Source: a bacterium
GTDB taxonomy: Bacteria > UBA8248
Direction: 5' to 3'
Length of the DNA: 64,000 nucleotides
Assembly (NCBI GenBank): GCA_965213625.1
Contig: CBDBZU010000004.1
Span: 2,400,001-2,464,000, forward strand
Positions 1 through 10,519 of this stretch are shown here, piece after piece (position 1 is the first letter of the stretch; every line of letters starts with the position of its first letter). Under the pieces are notes generated by a model. The model worked only from the letters and a program-made list of their open reading frames with translations. It made no database searches and was not told the origin of the DNA. The position numbers and the translations under genes are program-made.

Positions 1-379
1 CCTCAACGGTAAGCGCCTTGTCCGGCACAACCTGGTCTCTATCCAGGCCCACGACCGTCCAGGAGCGGTCCTTCACGTAGAGGTAGTCCATGTCGCCGTC
101 TTCGGTGGCGCCCATCTGATGCTGCGCGTAAGGGGGAACGTGCACGAAAGTGCCCGGCGTGACGACTCTTCTGTCCTTACCGACGAGGGCGTTGATTTTA
201 CCGCTGATGGGGAAAATCATGAGCTCGTTGGGGTGGTAGTGTATCTGCGAGCCCGTGCCGGCCACCTTGCTGACCTGGCAGAAATACATGTATTCCCCCT
301 CGATGATGGAACCCTGGCCCGAGGAGAGATGGGGCGTAACGGCTTTTTTCTCTATTTCATCGAAACGATGGAACGGCAT
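1..379 (-). CDS. Cupin domain protein (runs off the window edge)
   Basis: Not in the ORF track. Hand translation from ATG at 379 (GGAG upstream) gives MPFHRFDEIEKK...GTGSQIHYHPNELMIFPISGKINALVG...FVHVPPYAQHQM, with cupin HxHxxE and PxxxxH motifs. Paralogous to 2713-3147. Confidence 0.85.
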   Translation of the reverse strand, partial: MPFHRFDEIEKKAVTPHLSSGQGSIIEGEYMYFCQVSKVAGTGSQIHYHPNELMIFPISGKINALVGKDRRVVTPGTFVHVPPYAQHQMGATEDGDMDYLYVKDRSWTVVGLDRDQVVPDKALTVE

Positions 380-620
380 CCGGTAAACTCCTTTGTTGAC
401 GAATATATCCCTGCTTTGGTTTTCGGTGATTCAAGGCAATTCGCCGCCGAGAATCAAAATATTTTGTTATCAGGTTTGTTGAACCCAAGGGGCGAATGTT
501 ACCCTTTCCCGTCGCGTCTGACAATTTATGTACGACAAAAAATGAGGCGTTCCTTGGCGTTTTTCGCGATGGACGCTGACGTGGATTTCAAGGCATACAC
601 CAAACTTAATGGAGGTAGTT

Positions 621-1622
621 ATGGCGGATGAAAAAGTACGGTTGGCGTCCATCGGTCTGGCCAACTGGGGAACGATGCTGGGGAATGCCGCGAAAAGGGC
701 GGGGAACGTGGAGATTACCCGATGCTTCACGAGAACCGAATCTGCGCGCGAGGAATTCGCGGAGAAATTCGGTTGCCGCCCGGCGGCGTCTTTCGAAGAA
801 GTGCTGAAGGACAGCGAGGTGGAGGGAATCCTCATCGCCACGCCGCACTCCACGCATACGGACCTGATTACGCAGGCGGCATCCGCAGGCAAGCACGTTT
901 TTGTGGAAAAGCCGCTCACGCTGACGGTGGCCGATGCGGACAAGTGCATCGACGCCACTGAAAAAGCGGGCGTTACGCTACTGATCGGGCACCACAGAAG
1001 GCGGCAGGGAGCGAACCGCAGGATACGGGCGATGATAGACGAGGGCGCGCTGGGCATGGTTCACGCCCTGGAGGCGAACCTCTCCAACCCGAACGGGCAA
1101 AACCCGAGAAGCGGCTGGAGAAACGACCCGGCGGAATGCCCGGCGGGGGGAATGACGGGGCTGGGCGTCCATATGGTGGACAATCTCCAGTACCTGGCCG
1201 GCCCCGTGAAGCGGGTGAGCGCGTTCAGCAAGCAACTGTTCGCTGCGGGTAATCTCGATGACGTGACGAACATCATTCTCGAATACGAGAGCGGCCCGCT
1301 CGGCTACATCACCACCTGCTACGTTACGCCCAAGCAGTGCACGACATCGGCCCACGGCACGGAAGGCTCCGCATGGAGCGAAGACGAGGGGGAGAAGCTC
1401 TATCTCCAGAAGAAAGGCGAGAATGAAAGGAGTGAGCTCTCCGTGGACGGCGGCGATGCGCTTGCGGAAGAAATACAGGAGTTCGGCAAGTGCATCCGGG
1501 GTGAAGCCACGCCCGAGACGGACGGCCAGGCCGCGCGGGAAGTCGTGGCCGTTCTGGAATCTATCGTCGAAAGCGCCAAGAGCGGGCGCGTGGTCGATGT
1601 TTCCGATATTAGAGGAAATTAA
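621..1622 (+). CDS. Gfo/Idh/MocA family NAD(P)-dependent oxidoreductase
   Basis: IGLANWG Rossmann start, ATPHSTH, GKHVFVEKP, GVHMVD motifs; GGAGG RBS before ATG 621. Confidence 0.92.
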   Translation: MADEKVRLASIGLANWGTMLGNAAKRAGNVEITRCFTRTESAREEFAEKFGCRPAASFEEVLKDSEVEGILIATPHSTHTDLITQAASAGKHVFVEKPLTLTVADADKCIDATEKAGVTLLIGHHRRRQGANRRIRAMIDEGALGMVHALEANLSNPNGQNPRSGWRNDPAECPAGGMTGLGVHMVDNLQYLAGPVKRVSAFSKQLFAAGNLDDVTNIILEYESGPLGYITTCYVTPKQCTTSAHGTEGSAWSEDEGEKLYLQKKGENERSELSVDGGDALAEEIQEFGKCIRGEATPETDGQAAREVVAVLESIVESAKSGRVVDVSDIRGN

Positions 1623-1624
1623 GT

Positions 1625-2644
1625 GTGAGTCGAGAATCATGGGAAATCGGGGGCGTGGAAGTGGCCGCAGGCTCCTATGAATATGTGAAAATACCGGTGG
1701 CGCGAATGCTCACCGGCTCAGAGACGGGTCTGCCCGTGCATTGCGTGAGAGGCGAGAAGCCCGGCCCTACGCTTTCCGTACTCGCTTGCGTTCACGGGGA
1801 TGAACCGCAGCCGATTCGTGCGTTCCAGAACGTGCTGGCGCAAATCGACCGGAAAGAATTGAGCGGCGCCTTGCTGGTGGTTCCGGTGGCGAATCCGTTC
1901 GCCTTTGCGAATTTCTCGCGGCAATCGCCCGATCAGCACGAGCAGACGAACTTGTGGGGCGCTTTTCCGGGTTCGGCCAAGGGGACGCTGACGCAGCGCT
2001 ACGCGCACAAGATTCGCGAACTCCTGATTGGGGGTGCGGATTATCTCGTGGAATGTCATTCCGGCGGGGCGGCGGGGAGAATCCAGAGGCGCGTCGATAT
2101 GGACCCGGACATCGAGGGTGCAGCAGGTGAGAAATCGCGCGAAATGGCGATCGCATTCGCCAGCGGAGGGGCGGGTCTGGTGCACGGCGTGCCCTTCAGC
2201 AAATCGAGCGCCTCGGGCCATGCGCTCGCGCAGGGGATACCGGCCGTAAGCGTGGAGATTGGCGGCGCATATCTGCCCGAATGTGAGGAAAACCTCTACC
2301 GGGACAACCTGGAGAACGGTTTTTTGAACCTCCTCGTTCATCTCGGGATGATGCCCGGGGAGGAGAAGAGATTGAGGATCAACTATTTCGATTTCGCTCA
2401 TCGCGCCGAGGCCAACCCTTCGAGCGGCGGATATCTCATCTCGCGAAAAACGCATTTTGCAGACCTGGGCGCGAAGGTGAGCGAAGGCGAAATTTTAGGG
2501 GAAATGCTGGATCCGTTCTCCTTGGAGGTTGTGGAGGAGTTGCGCAGTCCCGCCGACGGGGTGCTTTTCTTCAGCAGGTGCAGCGGGCCGTTCGAAGTGG
2601 GGAACAAGGGGTTCGCAGTCGCCACCGAATACCGGGAAATATGA
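1625..2644 (+). CDS. M14 succinylglutamate desuccinylase/aspartoacylase family metallohydrolase
   Basis: HGDE zinc motif, VPVANP, ECHSGG, catalytic VEIGG, C-terminal biotinyl-like hybrid domain. Confidence 0.88.
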   Translation: MSRESWEIGGVEVAAGSYEYVKIPVARMLTGSETGLPVHCVRGEKPGPTLSVLACVHGDEPQPIRAFQNVLAQIDRKELSGALLVVPVANPFAFANFSRQSPDQHEQTNLWGAFPGSAKGTLTQRYAHKIRELLIGGADYLVECHSGGAAGRIQRRVDMDPDIEGAAGEKSREMAIAFASGGAGLVHGVPFSKSSASGHALAQGIPAVSVEIGGAYLPECEENLYRDNLENGFLNLLVHLGMMPGEEKRLRINYFDFAHRAEANPSSGGYLISRKTHFADLGAKVSEGEILGEMLDPFSLEVVEELRSPADGVLFFSRCSGPFEVGNKGFAVATEYREI

Positions 2645-2712
2645 CAAACCGCGCGCAAGCGCAAATCTATTGATGGGTTTTTGAACAACTTATTTGGAGG
2701 AAACGCAAGAAA

Positions 2713-3147
2713 ATGCCTTTTTACGAACCCGAATCGATGGAGCAAAGACTGGCGGGGGCGAGCTACAGCACCTCCGAGGGCGTGTGGGTCGATGGCGAGC
2801 GCGTCATTTTCGGCATCATCAACAAGCCGGCGGGCACGGGCAGCAGGCCCCATCGCCATGCGAACGAGCAGTTCATTCTCGTTCAGCAGGGCAGCCTGCA
2901 GGCGATGATCGACGGCGAGCGGAAAACGGTCGGCGCAGGGGGCATCATTCACATACCGGCGAATTCGCTCCACAGCATGGTGGCCACCGATGATGAGGAC
3001 GTCATTTTCATCGTCGCGAAGGATACGGCATGGCAGATCGAGGGCGTCCCCGAGGATGATTCGACCTACGGGGCATATATCGGCGAGGGCGCTGATGATA
3101 GCGTGGCTGCGCGTTTTCACGAGATTTCCGAAAAAGGCTCCGAATAA
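2713..3147 (+). CDS. Cupin domain protein
   Basis: PHRHANEQ and IPANSLHSM cupin motifs; GGAGG RBS. Confidence 0.88.
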   Translation: MPFYEPESMEQRLAGASYSTSEGVWVDGERVIFGIINKPAGTGSRPHRHANEQFILVQQGSLQAMIDGERKTVGAGGIIHIPANSLHSMVATDDEDVIFIVAKDTAWQIEGVPEDDSTYGAYIGEGADDSVAARFHEISEKGSE

Positions 3148-3387
3148 GCGATAATCGGCGCGGGCTGACGAAAGCGCCGGGAGGCGAACAGTTCGCGCGC
3201 CATATCAAAAACGTGCAAATCTTTGGCGTAAGATTTTGACTTGGGAATCTATTTTTGCAAGAATGCCCGAAATTCGGACCGAAGCCGCAATGAACCATAT
3301 AGAACAGACGGGATAATTCCATGGCTCCGGCCATGAGCGCATTGTGAATGTAATGCTTTGAAATTCGCATGATTTGGGAGGCTGTTG

Positions 3388-4254
3388 ATGGCGACGGCGA
3401 GTGAAGTCAGAAGGGATGAAGTAAAACTACCTGACGAGTACACCAAGCAGGAAAGAGTCTGGATGTGGCTCAAGGACAACGTCCCGAGCTTCATCGCGGT
3501 GCTCGTCATATGGGAGTGCATCGCATTTTACGTGAGTGAGCCCGCGCTGTTCCCGCGCGTATTTCCCATTGTCCACCGATTTTACGAGGTCACCTTCCTG
3601 AAGTCCGGTGAGACCACGTGCGTCTTGTGCGTGCACTCCTACCATACCGCCTGGCGGATCATGATAGGAATGCTCATCGCCGGCTTCGTGGGGATTGCCA
3701 TCGGCATCGCTATGGGGCGCATCGGCTGGTTCGAGAAGTTCATGATCCCCATCCTGAGCATGCTCCTGCCCATACCGGCCCTGGCCTGGAGCCCGATTCT
3801 CGTCCTGTGGTTCGGTCTCGGCAACACGACGATGATCTTCATCACCGCGTTCGCCGCGGCGCTCCCGGCCATATCATCCACGTGGACGGGGGTGAAGACC
3901 ATTAACCCCATCTGGATACGCGCGGCGCAATCGATGAACGCCGAGGGGATGACCCTGTTCTGGAAGGTCATATTTCCCGGCTCGCTGCCGTTCATTCTCT
4001 CGGGCATCCGTATCGGCCTCGCGCGCGCATGGCGCGCCGGCATCGCAGGTGAGATGGTGGCCGCGAGCGACTGGGGTTTGGGTTACGCTATCTTCGACAG
4101 CCGCGAAGACCTCGACACCGCCTTCATGCTGGTGGGAATCGCGGCCATCGCCCTGGTCGGCTTCGTGATGGAGAAGTTCATATTCGAGAAATTCGAAAAA
4201 GTGACCGTCGTCAAGTGGGGCATGATGGAAGAGGTCGGCGGACAGCGCCAGTAA
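3388..4254 (+). CDS. ABC transporter permease, TauC/SsuC/NitT type
   Basis: Hydrophobic helices, PIPALAWSP, EAA-like loop RAAQSMNA, SLPFILSGIRIG, GEM...GLGY. Confidence 0.9.
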   Translation: MATASEVRRDEVKLPDEYTKQERVWMWLKDNVPSFIAVLVIWECIAFYVSEPALFPRVFPIVHRFYEVTFLKSGETTCVLCVHSYHTAWRIMIGMLIAGFVGIAIGIAMGRIGWFEKFMIPILSMLLPIPALAWSPILVLWFGLGNTTMIFITAFAAALPAISSTWTGVKTINPIWIRAAQSMNAEGMTLFWKVIFPGSLPFILSGIRIGLARAWRAGIAGEMVAASDWGLGYAIFDSREDLDTAFMLVGIAAIALVGFVMEKFIFEKFEKVTVVKWGMMEEVGGQRQ

Positions 4255-4276
4255 CGGATAATAACAGACAGGCCAT

Positions 4277-4312
4277 AAAAAAGGCCGGCTCCCTCGGGGG
4301 GCCGGCCTTTTT
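4277..4312. terminator. Bidirectional rho-independent terminator
   Basis: AAAAAAGGCCGGCTCCC-TCG-GGGGGCCGGCCTTTTT stem with A and T tails between convergent genes. Confidence 0.9.
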
Positions 4313-4339
4313 GTTTGTATATCAGATGCAGAGGTGAAG

Positions 4340-5092
<753 letters not shown>

Positions 5093-5223
5093 GTTTTTCG
5101 GTCCTTATGAGATATCTGATAAAACGTGATTCCACATTTTGTTTTTCACGATGAACCCGAAAAATAACGCAGATGATCCGCCCCCGTCAATTCCGTCAGT
5201 CCTCGCGCTTCGTTTCGCAAAAA

Positions 5224-5982
5224 TCAGAAAAAAGCGGCGAGTCCCCCGAAGTTCATCACTACGAGGAGAGCGCCCATAATGAACAGAATGATCGTGACAA
5301 TCCGGAAGAACAGCTGATCCGTAAAAATGTTGTATATCTTCGTGCCCACGAAGAATCCGAGCAGCACGGGCGTCGTCAGGATGAGGATGAGCCACAGGGC
5401 CGTCTCGCCGATGTAGCCCGCCGCCGCGATGGAGGCGATGGCCGCGACCCGGAGCACCACCTGGCTCGCGCTCAGCACGAAGAGGTAGCGCTCTTTCGAG
5501 ATTTTCATCCCCGTTAAGTAGGAGGCGATGACGTGGGAGGGAATGTTGATGGTGCCCAGCATGAGTCCTGCGACTGCTCCCATGCCCAGCGAGCGTTTCA
5601 GGGAATCCTCGGGCGCGGGCTTTTCGTGCTGATACCATTGCCAGACGATCTGGCAGATCAAGAAAGCGCCCAGGATGAATTTCATCAGGCGCGGATCGGT
5701 ATTCAGTAGAATTGTCAGGCCGACGGCCAAGCCAACCAGGCTCATCGAGAAAAAGGGAACGAAGGGCCGCAAGCCCTCGTGAACGGCCGCGCGCGTTCGC
5801 CAGGCGTTCATGAGGCTCGTGCACAGGGTGGGGATGGAGATGACGGCGATGGCCGTCGGCACGTCCCAGAAAATGGCCACGGTGGGCGTCGTGAGAGTGG
5901 CGAAGCCGAACCCGCCCACCGCCTTGAGACCCGAGCCGACGAATGCGGCGCAAAAAACCAGAATATAGACCAGAGGACTCAA
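5224..5982 (-). CDS. Sulfite exporter TauE/SafE family membrane protein
   Basis: GxxGFG start (KAVGGFGF), about 8 TM helices with internal duplication. Confidence 0.75.
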   Translation of the reverse strand: MSPLVYILVFCAAFVGSGLKAVGGFGFATLTTPTVAIFWDVPTAIAVISIPTLCTSLMNAWRTRAAVHEGLRPFVPFFSMSLVGLAVGLTILLNTDPRLMKFILGAFLICQIVWQWYQHEKPAPEDSLKRSLGMGAVAGLMLGTINIPSHVIASYLTGMKISKERYLFVLSASQVVLRVAAIASIAAAGYIGETALWLILILTTPVLLGFFVGTKIYNIFTDQLFFRIVTIILFIMGALLVVMNFGGLAAFF

Positions 5983-6247
5983 ATTGACCCCGTCAAAAAA
6001 GAATGATTACGCCAGGCGAGATGAGGCTGAAAGCGACACTCGAAGACGTGAACGGCTCATTGCGAGAAATCCGCAAACATGACGCTGAACCTTGACGCCG
6101 CTGCGAATATATCGGCATTATAGCCGCCAATCTCGAGTACGGGAAATCTCACAGGCTTGTTTCATCATCATGTGTCGGATGCCCCTTCGACACCTGAAAG
6201 GGAGCCGTCAACCACGGCTTCGGCGCGCCGGATTTGAGGATTTTTGA

Positions 6248-7318
6248 ATGGATTTTTCCTTATTTTATATCCTGTATCGTCCCGAAGATATGACCGAGGC
6301 GCAGGTCCATGAGGATATGTTCGAAGAGAGCATTCTGGCGGACGAGTTGGGCTACTCTTGCGTCTGGTACGCAGAGCATCACTTCTCCTGCGTCGGGATG
6401 ATCCCCGACCCGCTGCTCATCTGCGCCGCCGTCGCGCAAAAGACGAAAAAAATACACGTGGGCACGGCCATTTCCATCATGTCGTTTCACGATCCCATTC
6501 GGCTGGCCGAGCAGGCCGCCATGGTGGATCTCCTGAGCGGCGGCAGGCTGGAACTGGGCATCGGGCGCGGCTCCCAGCCCAAGGAGTTCCAGGGATTCGG
6601 CGCAAGGCCCTCGGAAAGCCGAGAGCGCTTAAAAGAAGGGCTCCACATTCTCTCCCGCCTTCTCGAAGGGGAGAAGGTGACGTTCGAGGGCCGGCATCAT
6701 CAGTGCGCGGACGTGGAAATCTTCCCAAAGCCCCTGCAAAAGCCCAGGCCCCCCATCTGGCTGGCAGGAACGAGCCCCGAAACCTACACCTACGCTGGGG
6801 AAAACGGCTTCAAGGTGATGGCCTCGGCCGGCTTCACGGGCCCGGAAGTTTATAAGGAAAAGTTCGGGCTTTATGAGGGCGCTATCCGAAAATCGGGCGG
6901 CGACCCCTCCGGTATCGACAGGCCCCTGGTTCACCACATCCACGTCTGCGATGCGGAGGATGCGGAGGAATGCTTCGACCTCACGGTAGAAGGGGAGGGC
7001 GAGTACCTGCGCTACCGGGCGAAGATGAACGAGGTGGAAATGCCCGAAGATGAGGCGATGCACCTGAAGCGCAACTGGAGTTATGAACTGGACGTCGCCG
7101 AGATCGTCAGGGGCGGCGGCATCATCGCCGATCCGGGAGCCGTGGCGGAGGATATTTGCAGGCTGCGTGATGATTACGGGGTCAATCACGTCATCCTGGC
7201 GCCGTGGCGCGGGCCGGACCACGCCGCGGTGATGCGCTCGATCGAGAGTTTCGTGCGCGACGTCATGCCGCTTGTGAACGCCACCGCGCCCGTCGCTTCG
7301 AATGGAAACAACTCTTGA
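6248..7318 (+). CDS. LLM class flavin-dependent oxidoreductase (luciferase-like)
   Basis: WYAEHHF, HDPIRLAEQAAMVDLLSGGRLELGIGRG, PKPLQKPRPPIW. Confidence 0.93.
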   Translation: MDFSLFYILYRPEDMTEAQVHEDMFEESILADELGYSCVWYAEHHFSCVGMIPDPLLICAAVAQKTKKIHVGTAISIMSFHDPIRLAEQAAMVDLLSGGRLELGIGRGSQPKEFQGFGARPSESRERLKEGLHILSRLLEGEKVTFEGRHHQCADVEIFPKPLQKPRPPIWLAGTSPETYTYAGENGFKVMASAGFTGPEVYKEKFGLYEGAIRKSGGDPSGIDRPLVHHIHVCDAEDAEECFDLTVEGEGEYLRYRAKMNEVEMPEDEAMHLKRNWSYELDVAEIVRGGGIIADPGAVAEDICRLRDDYGVNHVILAPWRGPDHAAVMRSIESFVRDVMPLVNATAPVASNGNNS

Positions 7319-7366
7319 TGCCTTGATGTTTTCTTTTTTGTCTTAGATTTTGGGAGGCGCTTATTC

Positions 7367-8347
7367 GTGGGTATGAGCTTTAGTTTGCATTTGGTGCCGG
7401 ATGACATCCGGGTCGTGGCGGAGCGTTCGAAATACGCCGAGGACAACGGTTTCGAGCAGGTGTGGATTGCGGAGAGCCACCTCACCTGCCGGGATCACAA
7501 CATCGCGCTCGCTCTGGCGATCGAGAAAACCTCGCATGTGAAAATCGGCCCCGGCGTGACGAACCCGGTTCTCCATGACGACAGCGTCGCGGCGAGCGCC
7601 ATCGCCACACTCGATGAGCTATCGGGCGGCCGGGTGCTGTTCGGCATCGGCTCGGGCGACACGCCCGTCTATACACTGGGCAAGAAGATGGCCCGGCTCG
7701 CCCGGATGCGTGAATCCATCGCGGCCATACGCGCGTTTACGCGCGGCGAGACGGTGGAATACGCCGAGGGCGTGAACGTGAACATGTGGTGTGAGCGGGA
7801 TATCCCCATCTATACATCCGCCGAGGGCCCCAGGACGCTCTCCATGTCGGCCGAAGTCGCGGACGGCGTCATCGTGGGTTCGGGCGTCTACCAGGAGACG
7901 GTGGACTGGGTGATGAAGTACCTGAACGAGGGGATGGCGAATCGCGACGCCTCGCTGGGCGAGATGGACATTATTTTCGGCGCGGTCGTCTCGGTGGATA
8001 CCGACAGCGTGCGCGCGCGCGAGAAGGTGCGGGCGCGGGTTGCGAACCGGGCGCACCATAATTTCCGCATGACGCTCGACTCGGTGCCCGACCAATACAA
8101 GCCCGAAATCAAACACCTTCTGGACAATTTCGACGTGAGCAACTGGCGTGACCCAAAGCACGTGCCCCTCATCACCGACTACATCCTGGACCGTTTCACC
8201 ATCACGGGAACGCCCGAGGAGTGTGTCGACCGCATTCAGGAGATCGAGTCCTACGGGGTCAAGAGCATCATGATCGACCCCCCGAACCAGGATTTCGACG
8301 AATCTCTCAAAATGTTCACCGAAGAGGTTTTGCCCAAGTGCGTCTAA
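7367..8347 (+). CDS. LLM class oxidoreductase, Mer-like (possibly F420-dependent)
   Basis: IGPGVTNP, ATLDELSGGRVLFGIGSGD, AEGPRTL...ADG, typical of Mer-like LLMs. Confidence 0.88.
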   Translation: MGMSFSLHLVPDDIRVVAERSKYAEDNGFEQVWIAESHLTCRDHNIALALAIEKTSHVKIGPGVTNPVLHDDSVAASAIATLDELSGGRVLFGIGSGDTPVYTLGKKMARLARMRESIAAIRAFTRGETVEYAEGVNVNMWCERDIPIYTSAEGPRTLSMSAEVADGVIVGSGVYQETVDWVMKYLNEGMANRDASLGEMDIIFGAVVSVDTDSVRAREKVRARVANRAHHNFRMTLDSVPDQYKPEIKHLLDNFDVSNWRDPKHVPLITDYILDRFTITGTPEECVDRIQEIESYGVKSIMIDPPNQDFDESLKMFTEEVLPKCV

Positions 8348-8395
8348 TCGCATAGTGGACATAATCGACCGCCTTTTTCATAAGAGGAACCCAAA

Positions 8396-8794
8396 ATGGC
8401 GCTGATTCCCGATTCTCATGCCGGCATTCTCGACACAAAGGCCCTCCTGTATCTGGGCACCCAGAACAAGGACGGCTCCCCCCAGGTCTCTCCCGTATGG
8501 TTCGGCACCAACGGCGACATCATCGAGGTCAATTCGGCCAAAGGCCGCCTGAAGGACCTGAATATGCGCGCGCGCCCCAAGGTGTCGATGGCCATCGTCG
8601 ACCCCGAAAACGCCTACAGGTGGGTGGGGTTACAGGGCACGGTGGTGGAGATCACCGAAAACGGGGCGGAAGAGCACATCGACGCCCTGGCGAACAAGTA
8701 TCTGGGCGTGGACAGCTATCCGAACCGACAGGCGGGGCAGGTGCGCGTCATCTACCGCATCCGGGCGGACAAGGTGTTCACGATGGGCGCATAA
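8396..8794 (+). CDS. PPOX class (split beta-barrel) oxidoreductase, probably F420-dependent
   Basis: DGSPQVSPVW, R.K..N....PKV, D..N.Y.W....G, LA.KYLG motifs. Confidence 0.88.
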   Translation: MALIPDSHAGILDTKALLYLGTQNKDGSPQVSPVWFGTNGDIIEVNSAKGRLKDLNMRARPKVSMAIVDPENAYRWVGLQGTVVEITENGAEEHIDALANKYLGVDSYPNRQAGQVRVIYRIRADKVFTMGA

Positions 8795-8839
8795 GCCGCC
8801 CTGCGCACACGATATTTGTAAGTGATGGAGACCGGAAAG

Positions 8840-9895
8840 ATGAAGTTTTCGCTATTCTATATTCCTGCATGTCAGGAGGGGGAGAGCTACAAACACGAGT
8901 TCGATCAGTTGATCGAACAATGCGAGGTGGCCGACGAACTCGGCTATGAGGCCGTGTTCCTGGCCGAGCACCACTTCTCCCGCGTGGGCATGTGCCCCGA
9001 CGCCCTGATGGTCGCGCTCGCCATCGCGCAGAGAACCAGGAAGATACGGATCGGCACCGCCATCTGCATCATGCCGTTCCATAACCCGGTGCGCCTGGCC
9101 GAACAGGCCGCCCTGGTCGACGTGCTGAGCGGCGGGCGTCTGGAGCTGGGCGTCGGGCGGGGTTCCCAGCCCAAGGAGTTTCAGGGCTTCAACATCTCGC
9201 CCAGTGAGAGCAGGGAGAAGATGCAGGAGGGCCTCGAGGTGATGACCCGCCTGCTGGAGGGGGAATGCCTCACCTTCCACGGGAAGCACTACAGCTGCAT
9301 CGACGCGGAGATTTTCCCGAAACCCATACAGAAGCCGCGCCCTCCCATCTGGCTGGCCGGCACGAGTCCCGAAACCTACGTCTTCGCCGGCAAGAGGGGG
9401 TACAACATCATGGCGTCGGGCACCTTTAAGGGACCCGAGGTGTTTCTGGAGAAGATGGCGCTCTTCCAGGAAACCGTGCGCAACCGGGGCGGCGACCCGA
9501 GTGTTTATCCCTCCCTCATGGCGCACCACGTCCACGTGTGCGACGACCCCGAGCACGCCTGGAAGCAAATCGAACCCTCGGAATCGTGGTATCTCTCCTA
9601 CCGCAGCGCGGTGAATTCCATCGAGATGCCGCTTGAGGAGAAAGAGGCGCTCAAGCGCAACTGGAGCTACGACGTCGACATCCGCCAGGTTATCGAGGGG
9701 GGCGGCGTCATCGGCCCGCCGGATAAAGTGATCGCCGATCTCAAGCGGCTCCAGGCGGAGTTCCAGGTGAATCACATCATGATCTTCGTGCTGCGCGGCA
9801 TCGCACAGGACGAGGCGATTCAGTCGATAGAGCGGTTTGCGAAAGAGGTGATGCCCGCGTTCGCCGAAGAGCGCGCGGCGAGTTCAAGCGAATAA
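8840..9895 (+). CDS. LLM class flavin-dependent oxidoreductase, close paralogue of 6248-7318
   Basis: AEHHF, LAEQAALVDVLSGGRLELGVGRGSQPKEF, shared LKRNWSY; GGAG RBS before ATG 8840. Confidence 0.93.
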   Translation: MKFSLFYIPACQEGESYKHEFDQLIEQCEVADELGYEAVFLAEHHFSRVGMCPDALMVALAIAQRTRKIRIGTAICIMPFHNPVRLAEQAALVDVLSGGRLELGVGRGSQPKEFQGFNISPSESREKMQEGLEVMTRLLEGECLTFHGKHYSCIDAEIFPKPIQKPRPPIWLAGTSPETYVFAGKRGYNIMASGTFKGPEVFLEKMALFQETVRNRGGDPSVYPSLMAHHVHVCDDPEHAWKQIEPSESWYLSYRSAVNSIEMPLEEKEALKRNWSYDVDIRQVIEGGGVIGPPDKVIADLKRLQAEFQVNHIMIFVLRGIAQDEAIQSIERFAKEVMPAFAEERAASSSE

Positions 9896-9919
9896 CATCG
9901 GTATCGAGGAGAACGGAGA

Positions 9920-10519
9920 ATGTGGATATCCCCATTAAGGCTGAATGACGCGCAAGAACCCGCACGCGGCATACTCGAGGGCATCCGGGCGAAACGGGGC
10001 GCCGTGCCCAAGCTGCTGCTCACGATGGCGCGGCGCCCTAAGGTGCTGAACGGACGCCAGACGATGAACATGGCCGTCCACGGCGGCAATTCGACGCTGG
10101 GCCAGAGGCGCGAGGAGTTGATATCCTACTATGTCGCCACCATCGGCGGTTGCTATGGCTGAACGATGAACCATGGCCAGGCTTTCCGTGCTGAAAGCGG
10201 CGACGACGTAACGCTGGCCGACGTGGCCACCGTGGTGATGGACAGGGACAATTCCCCGGTTCTCGACGATGCGGACAAGGCGATGCTCGCCTTCGCCGAA
10301 AAACTCACGTTCGACCACTACGCCATGAGCGAGGCGGACCTGGACGAGCTGCGCGAGGTGGGCTTCAGTGATGAGAACGTGCTGGACATCATAGGCTCCG
10401 TCTCGTACCGGAACATGAGCAACCGGCTGAATCTCGCGCTCGGCCTCGATGCCGTCGAACCAGAAGGCCCAGACGAGTTGATGGAGGTAGTGCGCTTCTC
10501 CCGGACTGCGCGGGCGTAA
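9920..10519 (+). CDS. AhpD/CMD-like peroxidase-related protein, probable selenoprotein (UGA at 10160-10162 read as Sec81)
   Basis: ORFs 9920-10162 and 10166-10519 share a frame. Read-through gives ELISYYVATIGGCYG-U-TMNHG, matching the AhpD ExxxxxxxxxxxCxxCxxxH motif, and a 199-aa protein of normal family size. Confidence 0.88.
10176..10201 (+). promoter_or_regulatory. Candidate bacterial SECIS hairpin
   Basis: GCC-(AG bulge)-GCTTTC-[CGTGCT]-GAAAGC-GGC; apical loop starts about 25 nt after the UGA and has a G in its first two positions. Confidence 0.6.

Noticed and set aside
119-631. 170-aa plus-strand ORF
   Set aside because: Shadow of the minus-strand cupin and the promoter region; no family motifs
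3619-3636. CVLCVH as a heme c binding site
   Set aside because: Spacing is CxxCxH, not CxxCH
10166-10519. Independent 117-aa gene
   Set aside because: No SD sequence; it is the C-terminal half of the UGA-interrupted AhpD-like gene
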